Source: an uncultured Methanosarcinales archaeon
GTDB taxonomy: Archaea > Nanobdellota > Nanobdellia > Woesearchaeales > CAYMBN01
DNA length: 64,000 nucleotides
Assembly (NCBI GenBank): GCA_964388715.1
Contig: CAYMBN010000005.1
Span: 3,434 to 67,433, forward strand
Direction of reading: 5' to 3'
Positions 9,547-18,443 of this stretch are shown piece after piece. Both the position numbers and the translations under genes were made by a program. Positions within the stretch are counted from its first letter, which is position 1, and each line of letters begins with the position of its first letter. A model generated the notes under the pieces. It was not told the DNA's origin. It saw only the letters and a list, made by a program, of their open reading frames with translations, and ran no database searches.

Positions 9547-11079
9547 ATGGATAAAATTATAATTATTGGTATAGATGGAGCTTCTTTTAATATATTAGAT
9601 AAATGGATCAAAAAAGGATCATTACCAACATTCAAAAAATTGAAACAGAAAGGAAGCTATTGTAAATTAACCAGTACAATCCCACCTGTTACTCCACCAG
9701 CCTGGACATCTATCACAACAGGAAAAAACCCAGGCAAACATGATATCTTTGATTTCCAAAAAATTGATTCAGAACACAAATTTTCCTTAATTAACTCAAC
9801 AACAAACAAAGCAAAGGATTTCTGGGAATATACAAACAAAAAAACAATACTTATCAATTTCCCAACATACTTTCCACCAAAAAAAATAAATGGTTACATG
9901 GTGAGTGGCATGCTCACCCCAGGCATTAGTTCAAACTTCACTTATCCTAAAGAACTAAAAAAAGAAATCCTCAACATAATTCCAGATTACATCATTGAAG
10001 TTGATGAAAACCTTTACAAAGGAAGAATAAAAGAATTTTTATCTGACATTGACAAAATGACTAAACAAAGACATAAATTAATTAAACACATGCTAAAAAA
10101 AGAATGGGACATTTTTTTCACTGTAATCACTGGCTCAGATCGAATACAACATCTCGCTTGGAACAACCAAAATCTGCTAAATTATTACAAAAAAGTTGAT
10201 TCCATCTTAGATGACATAATAAAAAACCATGTTAAAGATAATGTAACCCTATTTATAATATCTGACCATGGTTTTACAGAAGTGAACAAAATATTTTACG
10301 TAAACACATTCTTAAAACAAGAACAAATTCTTTTTACAAAAGAAAAAACTAACAAAAAAATCCTAAAAAAAGTAGGTTTAACAAGAGAAACAATAATTAA
10401 TTTACTTCAAAAATTACATATTGATCTCACAAAACTAAAAATCCTTCTTCCAAACAAGATCAAAAACCTACTTCCACAAGAAGATCAAACACTTTATCAA
10501 AGTGTTAACTGGTCAAAAACAAAAGCATTTATGTTTGGTTTTGGTCAGATTTTCATTAATTCAAAAAAACGTTTTAAAAATGCTCCTTTATCTGAAAAAC
10601 AACATAATAAATTTAAAAAAGAATTAATAAAAATATTAAGTAATATTAAAGACCCACAAACAAATAAAAAAATAATAAAAAAAGTTTACACAAATGAACA
10701 AGCATACTCAGGAGATTATGCAAAAAATGGTCCTGATCTGATAATTGAACTTGAAAATGGTTATGCTTTTTCAGAAAAAATAACAAATCAACACATTGAA
10801 AAATCTGATTTTATTAATGCTGATCATGAAAAACAAGGAATTTTAATGTCTTATGGAAAACAAATTAAAGAAAATAACAATATGTCTAACAAAAATATAG
10901 TTGATTTTGCACCAACAATGTTACACATACTAAATTCAACAATTCCAAATGACATTGATGGTAAAGTTATAAAAGATATATTCAAGAAAGACTCAGAATT
11001 ATGTAAAAAAAGTGCCAAAATCAAAAAAATCACAGAAAAAGAAAATATTAGCACTGCATTGTCAGATATCAATATTTAA
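9547..11079 (+). CDS. alkaline phosphatase superfamily enzyme, type I phosphodiesterase / nucleotide pyrophosphatase (NPP)-like
   Basis: IIGIDGASFN…TSTIPPVTPPAWTSITTG (nucleophile Thr motif)…ISDHGF…DHE match PF01663-type AP-superfamily signatures. Confidence 0.55.
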   Translation: MDKIIIIGIDGASFNILDKWIKKGSLPTFKKLKQKGSYCKLTSTIPPVTPPAWTSITTGKNPGKHDIFDFQKIDSEHKFSLINSTTNKAKDFWEYTNKKTILINFPTYFPPKKINGYMVSGMLTPGISSNFTYPKELKKEILNIIPDYIIEVDENLYKGRIKEFLSDIDKMTKQRHKLIKHMLKKEWDIFFTVITGSDRIQHLAWNNQNLLNYYKKVDSILDDIIKNHVKDNVTLFIISDHGFTEVNKIFYVNTFLKQEQILFTKEKTNKKILKKVGLTRETIINLLQKLHIDLTKLKILLPNKIKNLLPQEDQTLYQSVNWSKTKAFMFGFGQIFINSKKRFKNAPLSEKQHNKFKKELIKILSNIKDPQTNKKIIKKVYTNEQAYSGDYAKNGPDLIIELENGYAFSEKITNQHIEKSDFINADHEKQGILMSYGKQIKENNNMSNKNIVDFAPTMLHILNSTIPNDIDGKVIKDIFKKDSELCKKSAKIKKITEKENISTALSDINI

Positions 11080-11117
11080 CAAATAATTTAAATAAAAAAG
11101 GGCTTTTTAACCAAAAA

Positions 11118-12521
11118 ATGCAAAAGAAAAAAGTAATCTTCATAACATGCTATATTAAAATAGCAAAAAAACAGTTTGCAATAGGTAAAAAACTACAAGC
11201 AAAAGGAATAGAAGTAATATTTGCCAACTACTCAAAAGAATGTGCAAACTTTTTCAAGAAAAATAATGCTAAATGTATATATATTCCAGACCACCTTAAC
11301 AAAATCAAACTTAAGAAACCAATAAAAGAATACCTTAAATACATTGAAAAACAATACAATACTCCTAGTTTAAACTTATTAATTGCAGGAGACATTGATT
11401 TACAAAGTATGAAACGTGAAAAAGCACTAAAGATTCTTATCAAAAATTTCCTTTTCTGGGAAAAATTCTTCAAAGAAAATAAAACAGATATCATGATTGG
11501 TGGCATAGAAAGAATATTAAATGAAGCACCAAGGTATGTTTGTAAAAAAAACAAAATAAAATACCTTGGATGGGTTAGTGCCCAGGTAAAAGACCACTTT
11601 ATGCTTAGTGAAGATCATATGGGACATTGGGATAGATTAAACAAATATTGGAACAAAAACAAAAATAGAAAATTAACAACAAAAGAAAAAAAGAAAGTAA
11701 AAGAATTCATTGACTCAATAACAAAAACAGTCAAACAAAAACATCTTGTTCAATCTATTCCAGCAACAAAACCTGCAAGAGTAAACCTTTCAAACATTAA
11801 ATTATTTTTACAAAGACTGTGGATAAACACATTTGTAGAAAAAGGAAGAAACCCTTACTCAAACATTATCAAGATAGGTTTTAAACAATTTATGAGATCA
11901 ATAAGAAAACACTTTGCTAAACACTTATATTCAAAACCAAATTATAAAGAAGATTTTATATTTTTTCCAATGCATGTTTTCTGGGATGCACAAATAATTG
12001 TTAGAGCACCACAATTCTCTAATCCAGTCTGGCTTATTGAATACATTACAAAGTGCATACCTTCTTATTATAAATTATATGTAAAAGAACATCCAAATGA
12101 CATTGGTGGCAATAAGTTAAAAACATTAAATGAAATAAGAAAAATTCCTAATGTAGTATTAATAGACCCCAATGAACCTAGTAGTAATCTCATCAAAAAA
12201 TCTAAAGCTATAGTTTGTATCAACTCAACTGTTGGTTGGGAAGGAATTTTATATGACAAAAAAGTAATCAATTTAGGCAATGTATTTTATGATATTTCAG
12301 GACTTGTATGGAAAATAAGAAATCTTTATGAACTTATTGACATTTTCAAAATAGTAGAGCAGAAAACTCTTATAACTCAAGAAAAAAAATATAGATTTAT
12401 TAACGCTGTCCTTAACTCTGTTCTTGAAGGAAGTCTTGATTTCTTTAATGACGAAAGAATTACTTTAGATGACAAACACATTACAAGTATAGCAAATGAA
12501 ATTTATAATCACTTTCTGTAA
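11118..12521 (+). CDS. capsule polysaccharide biosynthesis protein, KpsC/KpsS-like (Capsule_synth family, putative beta-Kdo-type retaining transferase)
   Basis: FFPMHVFWDAQII corresponds to the PLQVxxDSQI signature of KpsC/KpsS; C-terminal VCINSTVGWEG region also similar. Confidence 0.45.
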   Translation: MQKKKVIFITCYIKIAKKQFAIGKKLQAKGIEVIFANYSKECANFFKKNNAKCIYIPDHLNKIKLKKPIKEYLKYIEKQYNTPSLNLLIAGDIDLQSMKREKALKILIKNFLFWEKFFKENKTDIMIGGIERILNEAPRYVCKKNKIKYLGWVSAQVKDHFMLSEDHMGHWDRLNKYWNKNKNRKLTTKEKKKVKEFIDSITKTVKQKHLVQSIPATKPARVNLSNIKLFLQRLWINTFVEKGRNPYSNIIKIGFKQFMRSIRKHFAKHLYSKPNYKEDFIFFPMHVFWDAQIIVRAPQFSNPVWLIEYITKCIPSYYKLYVKEHPNDIGGNKLKTLNEIRKIPNVVLIDPNEPSSNLIKKSKAIVCINSTVGWEGILYDKKVINLGNVFYDISGLVWKIRNLYELIDIFKIVEQKTLITQEKKYRFINAVLNSVLEGSLDFFNDERITLDDKHITSIANEIYNHFL

Positions 12522-12608
12522 TAAACACTTTTATTAAACCACCTTATGAATGCACAACAAGAATAATATACAACAAGATTTATAAACCAAGAAAAAATTA
12601 GTTATTTT

Positions 12609-14057
12609 ATGAATTTAAATCAAAAAACAAATATTGTAAAAGGTGGAGTGTATTTAACAGCATCAACATTTATAGCAACAATATTGGGCTATTTATTATA
12701 CTTAATCTTAGCAAGAATTCTTGGTCCTGCAAATTTTGGAATATATGGTGTTGTAATAGGTATCTTAAGTGCAATATCAAAAATATTATTATCATCAATT
12801 CAACAAACAACATCAAAATTTGTAAGTGAAAACCAAGAAAATGCACCCAGTATAAAAAACAGATTACTTTTTATCATATTCTTAATAGGAACTTCTGTGT
12901 CAATAATTTATGCATTCTCATCAAAAATAATAGCATATTTACTCAATGACCCTTCACTAACAATACTAATTGCAATCTCAGCATTTATTATTATTCCAAA
13001 TTCACTTTATGGAGTTTTACAAGGATATCTTAATGGACAAAAACAATTTAAAAAACAAGCTTTCATAAGAGTAGTGTATGCTGTTCTAAGGGTTTCTATA
13101 ATAATTACAGCAGTATTGTTAGGTTACTCAGTAGGTGGTGCAATAGCAGGTTTCCTTATTGCTACAATACTAACTTTTCTACTAAACTATGTAATTGTTG
13201 GTGACTTTTTCGCACCTAAAAAAATCAAAATAAGAAAAAGAGATGTCCTTAAATTAGTAAGCCCTATTATAGGAACAACTGCTATCCTATACGCTCTCCC
13301 TGTAATTGGAACAGCATTTGTAAAATCCTTACTAGACGTTACCATCGCAAACACATATGCAGGGTTTTATACTGCTGCAAACTCAATTGGTCAAATACCA
13401 TTTTTAATATTAGCATCTTTACCAGTTGTACTCTTCCCAACAATAGCAAAACTAAACTATGAAAAAAATTCAGAAAAAAAAGCATTTTACGTAAAAGAAA
13501 GTTCAAGATTCACAATTATAATTTTATCTCTGTTTTGTTTCCTTATCGCTGCAACTTCAAAAAGTGTTGTAGAACTGCTTTACTCTAAACAATATTACTT
13601 AACAAGTGAAATATTGATATTCTTAATATTTGGATTTGGATTCCTTACTTTTATGAATATTGCACTAACAATATTAAATAGTGTTGGTAAACATAAAACA
13701 AGCCTTAAGATAGGTCTAACAACAATGATTATAACAATAATACTTAATTTTATTCTCATACCTAAATTTAATATAATTGGAAGTGCTTTATCATTAACAA
13801 TTGCCACATTTATAGGAGTAATATTAAGCATCCTAATCATTCAAAAAAGTATAAGTAAAGTAATGAGCATCACTAGCTTTATAAGAATCATAGCAAGTGG
13901 ATTAATTATTTTTGGAATTACAAAATTAATTGAAGTTAAAGGTCTTATGCTTATTCCTCTTTATGCAGGTATATCAATTGTTTATTTACTTCTATTAATA
14001 ATAATGAGAGAAATTAAAAAACAAGACATTCTTATTATAAAGAAAGTTTTTTCTTAA
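12609..14057 (+). CDS. polysaccharide biosynthesis protein / Wzx-like flippase (MOP superfamily), second copy
   Basis: 482 aa, about 14 TM segments, N-terminal pattern typical of Wzx/MurJ-like exporters. Confidence 0.55.
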   Translation: MNLNQKTNIVKGGVYLTASTFIATILGYLLYLILARILGPANFGIYGVVIGILSAISKILLSSIQQTTSKFVSENQENAPSIKNRLLFIIFLIGTSVSIIYAFSSKIIAYLLNDPSLTILIAISAFIIIPNSLYGVLQGYLNGQKQFKKQAFIRVVYAVLRVSIIITAVLLGYSVGGAIAGFLIATILTFLLNYVIVGDFFAPKKIKIRKRDVLKLVSPIIGTTAILYALPVIGTAFVKSLLDVTIANTYAGFYTAANSIGQIPFLILASLPVVLFPTIAKLNYEKNSEKKAFYVKESSRFTIIILSLFCFLIAATSKSVVELLYSKQYYLTSEILIFLIFGFGFLTFMNIALTILNSVGKHKTSLKIGLTTMIITIILNFILIPKFNIIGSALSLTIATFIGVILSILIIQKSISKVMSITSFIRIIASGLIIFGITKLIEVKGLMLIPLYAGISIVYLLLLIIMREIKKQDILIIKKVFS

Positions 14058-14667
14058 GATAGTTATTAATCTCCAACTGAACACTATCAAACCTTCCTTT
14101 AGTATTTATCTTCACAAAAAGACCACCTAATCTAGAATACAATCTACCAAATACTTTATCCTTAAAAATAAAATAATTAAGATTATATTCATTTGCTCTC
14201 TTAAAAGCTTGTTCTGGTTTTAGATAAAGTAAAAAAGCAACATCTGGTTTAGGCACAATACTATAAAAGAACCTTACAAATAAACTCTTCTGCTTGTTCA
14301 CCAAAAATAAATAATGTACAAGAAGATCATAAAAATATCTATCACAAACAACCACTTTCCCCGAAATCTTATTAATGAAAACAACAAAATAAAAATGTAT
14401 AATATCAAAAAACAAAGAAATCCCTCTCAAGAAATGCAACACAGATTTCAAAAATGATTTCTTTGAAACATTAAACTGTGATTTCATCACTTTTTTATAA
14501 GTTTTACTTTTTCCTTTTATCATAACTCTAGAAAAAAAGCCAAACAAAGAAAAATGTACCATATGTAATGAAGTTACTTTATAACCTTTTAACTTAAGAA
14601 AATTAATAACTTCTTTCATATGATTTGATTTCCCTGTTCCATCCACACCTGAAAAAGTAATTATCAT
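14035..14667 (-). CDS. thymidylate-kinase-like P-loop kinase
   Basis: Walker A FSGVDGTGKS, DRY motif and lid region PDVAFLLYLKPEQAFKRANE collinear with dTMP kinase. Confidence 0.45.
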   Translation of the reverse strand: MIITFSGVDGTGKSNHMKEVINFLKLKGYKVTSLHMVHFSLFGFFSRVMIKGKSKTYKKVMKSQFNVSKKSFLKSVLHFLRGISLFFDIIHFYFVVFINKISGKVVVCDRYFYDLLVHYLFLVNKQKSLFVRFFYSIVPKPDVAFLLYLKPEQAFKRANEYNLNYFIFKDKVFGRLYSRLGGLFVKINTKGRFDSVQLEINNYLKKKLSL

Positions 14668-14689
14668 TTTATTAACCTTCTAAATTTTA

Positions 14690-16201
14690 TTAACCTTTTA
14701 GTATAGCCAATGGTTTTGTCCTTGCAACTATAGATGCAAGATCATTTGATTTCATAGCTTTAATCACTTCTGAAATATCCTTAAAACAATTTGGTGCTTC
14801 TTCTTCTATTTTAGTTTTCCCTAGATGAAATAACTTGATTTTATTCTTATTCAATCTACCCATCACACTTTTCTTAGTAAATTTAACTCTTGACTTTTGT
14901 TTACTAATAACTCTACCAGATCCATGATTCACAGAATAAAATGTTTCTTTTGTACCATTTTTAGCACAACAAATAAAAGAGTTTGAACCAAACCCACCAG
15001 GAACTATAAGAGGTTGTCCGGTATATCTAAACACTTTGTGACTTTTAAAAAATGATTTAGGATAAGCAGCACTAGCCCCATTCCTATGCAAATACAACAT
15101 CTTCTTATCAATTTTTTCCTTATGTAATGAATCATGATTAACATCATATAGTAATGTAACATCATCTCTAGAAACACCTTTAATTTTTTCTAAGGACAAT
15201 CTCAAGAGATTGAACATACTTGCCCTATTTACATAACCATAATTAATTGCAGCATATTGTGAATACAAAAACATCTTTTCCAATTTTGAAGAAGATTTAA
15301 TTGATTTTATATTATTAAAATCATTTTTAAAAGAAGAATTAAATCTCCAATATAAAGTGTTAACAAAACGATTTATGAAAAAATGCATTGATTTAACCAC
15401 GTTTTTCAAAAAAGGTATTTTTTCTAACCAATCAGAATAAATTTGATAATAGGCTAATTTATAGTTATTTCTTAATGAATTGGAAAGTTTATTTGAAAAA
15501 CAATTATGAATTGATAAACCAAAAGAACCAGAATCAGAATGTATCATAAAAAGTATCTGCCCTTTCTTAATTCCTAATTTTTGTGCAATTTTCTTATCAA
15601 AAACCTTATCAACAACCTGCATTTCTAAAAAATGATTTCCAACTCCTAACACTCTTAATGAGTACTTCCCAATATTAATACAATACTTTGGAAGATAAGA
15701 AATTACTTCTTTAGCATTTCCTTTTTTATTAAACAAATTTCCATTATACTCTACATTATTTTTATAAGAACCACTAAGTCCATACTTTTTTTCAGCCCAT
15801 CCAATTCCATCTTTTATTATAGATAAAACATCATCCTTAGAAATCACAGGCTTTGCCCTTACTTTAGGAACTATATTTGATTTTAACTCTAAAAAAATAT
15901 TTTTTATATCCTTTTCTGAGATATCCTTAATATTAAGATTTGTTTTAATCAAACTCATTCCACAATTAGCATTAATAAATGAAGGAATAATAACTTTTGA
16001 AGCAACAACAACACCAGTTGGTATGTTTTTACCATACTTATAATGTAAATCAGGAAGAGCAACTATTTTTTTATGTATTAAAGGATTTTTTGCCATTCTT
16101 TTAAGAACATTAACAGAATTCTCACCAACAGGCAGCTTTTTATTTACATAAAATTCAATTTGAGCATTCATATTTTTTTCTTTTATGATTTGTAGAGCCA
16201 T
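14690..16201 (-). CDS. rtcB: RNA-splicing ligase RtcB family protein
   Basis: All RtcB metal/catalytic motifs present: ALPDLHYKYG, NANCGMS, GNHFLE, HSDSGSFG, NHGSGR (guanylylated His). Confidence 0.7.
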   Translation of the reverse strand: MALQIIKEKNMNAQIEFYVNKKLPVGENSVNVLKRMAKNPLIHKKIVALPDLHYKYGKNIPTGVVVASKVIIPSFINANCGMSLIKTNLNIKDISEKDIKNIFLELKSNIVPKVRAKPVISKDDVLSIIKDGIGWAEKKYGLSGSYKNNVEYNGNLFNKKGNAKEVISYLPKYCINIGKYSLRVLGVGNHFLEMQVVDKVFDKKIAQKLGIKKGQILFMIHSDSGSFGLSIHNCFSNKLSNSLRNNYKLAYYQIYSDWLEKIPFLKNVVKSMHFFINRFVNTLYWRFNSSFKNDFNNIKSIKSSSKLEKMFLYSQYAAINYGYVNRASMFNLLRLSLEKIKGVSRDDVTLLYDVNHDSLHKEKIDKKMLYLHRNGASAAYPKSFFKSHKVFRYTGQPLIVPGGFGSNSFICCAKNGTKETFYSVNHGSGRVISKQKSRVKFTKKSVMGRLNKNKIKLFHLGKTKIEEEAPNCFKDISEVIKAMKSNDLASIVARTKPLAILKG

Positions 16202-16204
16202 TTC

Positions 16205-17503
16205 TCATCTCCCAACACCAATATAATTAAAACCAAACTCTTTCATTTCTTTTGGATCCCACATATTTCTTCCATCAATTATATTCGGCTCTTTTAACAA
16301 AGACTTAATCCTAGCCTTGTCCAACTGCCTAAACACATTCCATTCTGTAACAAGAACCAAAGCATCAGCATTTTCAACAGCATCATAAGGATTTTCTGCA
16401 TAATTGACACCTGACAAAATCTTTTTAGCATTCTCCATTGCAATAGGATCAAAAACCTTTATTTTAGCACCAAACTTAATTAATTCATTAATAATTAACA
16501 AAGATGGTGCATCCCTTATATCATCTGTTTTAGGTTTAAACGCTAAACCCCATACTGCAATTAACTTCCCATTTAAATCAGGAACTAATTTTTGTATTTT
16601 TGGTATTAAAGATAATTTTTGTTTTTGATTTACTTCTTCAACAGCATTCAATATCTTAGCTTCACAACCATTCTTTTTTATAGTTTGTATAAGTGCCTGA
16701 ACATCCTTTGGAAAACAACTACCACCATAACCAATTCCAGCTTGTAAAAATCTTGCACCAATCCTTTGATCCAAACCAATTCCCTGGGCAACTTTTTTTA
16801 TATCAGCTCCAATCTTTTCAGATAAATGAGATAATTCATTCATAAAAGAAATTCTTGTTGCAAGCATTGCATTCGAAGCATATTTTATTAGTTCTGCACT
16901 CTTAATATCAGTATGTAATATTGGTTTACCAGTTCTTACCATTGATTTATAAATCTTATTCATCACTTTTTTTGCTTTATCAGAATCAGATCCAACAACA
17001 ACCCTATCTGGTGCCATAAAATCCTTAATTGCAGAACCTTCTCTCAAAAACTCAGGATTTGAAACAACATCAAATTCAGTTGGAACTTTTTGATTTTTTT
17101 GAATAATTTCTTTAACCATATCAGCTGTACCAACAGGCACAGTACTCTTATTTACGACAATTTTATATCCATTCATAAAAACACCAATATCTTCTGCAAC
17201 TGCCTTTACAAACCTCAAGTCGGCTTCATGATTTTCACCCATTGGTGTACCAACTGCAATAAAAATAACAGAAGAATCCTCAATTGCTTTTTTCTTATCT
17301 GTAGTAAAAATTAATCTACCTCTATTTTTGTTCCTCTTAAACAACTCATCTAAACCAGGCTCATAAATAGGAAGAACATCATTGTTAAGATTTTCTATTT
17401 TAGTTTGATTAACATCTAAGCAGATCACATCATTACCTAATTCTGCTAAGCAAACTCCAATTGTTAATCCAACATATCCTGTTCCAATTATGGCTATTTT
17501 CAT
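16205..17503 (-). CDS. UDP-glucose 6-dehydrogenase (nucleotide-sugar dehydrogenase)
   Basis: N-terminal MKIAIIGTGYVGL Rossmann, catalytic Cys region GGSCFPKD, C-terminal UDP-binding domain. Confidence 0.85.
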   Translation of the reverse strand: MKIAIIGTGYVGLTIGVCLAELGNDVICLDVNQTKIENLNNDVLPIYEPGLDELFKRNKNRGRLIFTTDKKKAIEDSSVIFIAVGTPMGENHEADLRFVKAVAEDIGVFMNGYKIVVNKSTVPVGTADMVKEIIQKNQKVPTEFDVVSNPEFLREGSAIKDFMAPDRVVVGSDSDKAKKVMNKIYKSMVRTGKPILHTDIKSAELIKYASNAMLATRISFMNELSHLSEKIGADIKKVAQGIGLDQRIGARFLQAGIGYGGSCFPKDVQALIQTIKKNGCEAKILNAVEEVNQKQKLSLIPKIQKLVPDLNGKLIAVWGLAFKPKTDDIRDAPSLLIINELIKFGAKIKVFDPIAMENAKKILSGVNYAENPYDAVENADALVLVTEWNVFRQLDKARIKSLLKEPNIIDGRNMWDPKEMKEFGFNYIGVGR

Positions 17504-17578
17504 TTTAATACCTTATTTCCCCCTTTATTTGCTCTAAAAAATCATAATATTTAAATATTACTACTTAATCTTCAGTAA

Positions 17579-17694
17579 TTGGACGGTCATAGGGGCTTGG
17601 TTCACCTGTTCCCATTTCGAACACAGAAGTTAAGCAAGCTTCCGTTCTTAGCTGTACTGTACTTATGTACGGGAAACTAAGAAAGCTGTCCACC
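17579..17694 (+). rRNA. 5S ribosomal RNA, unlinked to 16S/23S
   Basis: GGACGGTCATAGGGGCTTGGTTCACCTGTTCCCATTTCGAACACAGAAGTTAAGC… matches the universal 5S loop/helix pattern. The 5' GGACGG pairs with the 3' CTGTCC. GC-richer than its surroundings and followed by T6. Confidence 0.8.
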
Positions 17695-17700
17695 TTTTTT
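17695..17700 (+). terminator. oligo-T archaeal terminator after 5S rRNA
   Basis: TTTTTT directly after the 5S 3' helix. Confidence 0.4.
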
Positions 17701-18443
17701 TAAGATTTTTCTTGGAAAATTTTATTCACTTCTTCCAACTGTTCTTTATTACCTATATCCCACCATTTTTCACTAGAAATCATTGCATAAACATTTGTTT
17801 TATTCACAAGATACCTAATTACTTCTCCAATATTATCGGGCCTATCTTTAGAGGTTATGAAATCTTTAAACAACACTAAATCATGTTTTTTAAATATGTA
17901 ACAAAGAGTCGCAGCAAAACTAGTTTTTGGGTTTTCTGGTTTTTCTTCAAAACCAATTATTTTATTATTCTCATCAACCTCAACAACACCAAACTTTTTA
18001 GCAAGCTTTTGTTTTTCTATCAAATCATATATTGCAATAACAGAAGCATTATTTTTATTTGAGATCTCATTCAGCACAGCCAAGCTAAATTCAAACAAAT
18101 TGTCACCACCAATTATCATTAAGTCATCATTTATATCTTCTTTTTCAATAACAAAAGCCATATCACCTACAGCACCAAGTCTGTCTTCATTAGTTAAAGT
18201 ACCATCATTAATAATCTTAACCTTCTTATCAAAATTCAAATTATTCTTCCATTCTTCAAAAACACTAAAAAACTTATTATTTGTAACAATAAAGATTTCA
18301 TCAATTTCATCAACCAATTTAATTTTATCAAGAATATGTTCCATCATAGGTTTTTTACCAATCATAAGAAGAGGTTTTGGTTTATTTAATGTTAAAGGAT
18401 ACAACCTTGTTGCATAACCAGCAGCTAATATTATACATTTCAT
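17700..18443 (-). CDS. sugar-1-phosphate nucleotidyltransferase (NDP-sugar pyrophosphorylase)
   Basis: MKCIILAAGYATRLYPLTLNKPKPLL signature of the NTP_transferase family. Confidence 0.75.
   Translation of the reverse strand: MKCIILAAGYATRLYPLTLNKPKPLLMIGKKPMMEHILDKIKLVDEIDEIFIVTNNKFFSVFEEWKNNLNFDKKVKIINDGTLTNEDRLGAVGDMAFVIEKEDINDDLMIIGGDNLFEFSLAVLNEISNKNNASVIAIYDLIEKQKLAKKFGVVEVDENNKIIGFEEKPENPKTSFAATLCYIFKKHDLVLFKDFITSKDRPDNIGEVIRYLVNKTNVYAMISSEKWWDIGNKEQLEEVNKIFQEKS

Noticed and set aside
14035-14667. Possible APS kinase (CysC) to complement CysDN
   Set aside because: The Walker A motif (FSGVDGTGKS), the DRY motif and the lid region align with dTMP kinase. They do not align with APS kinase (GLSGSGKST…DGDNVR…FISP). 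The ORF is kept as Tmk-like.
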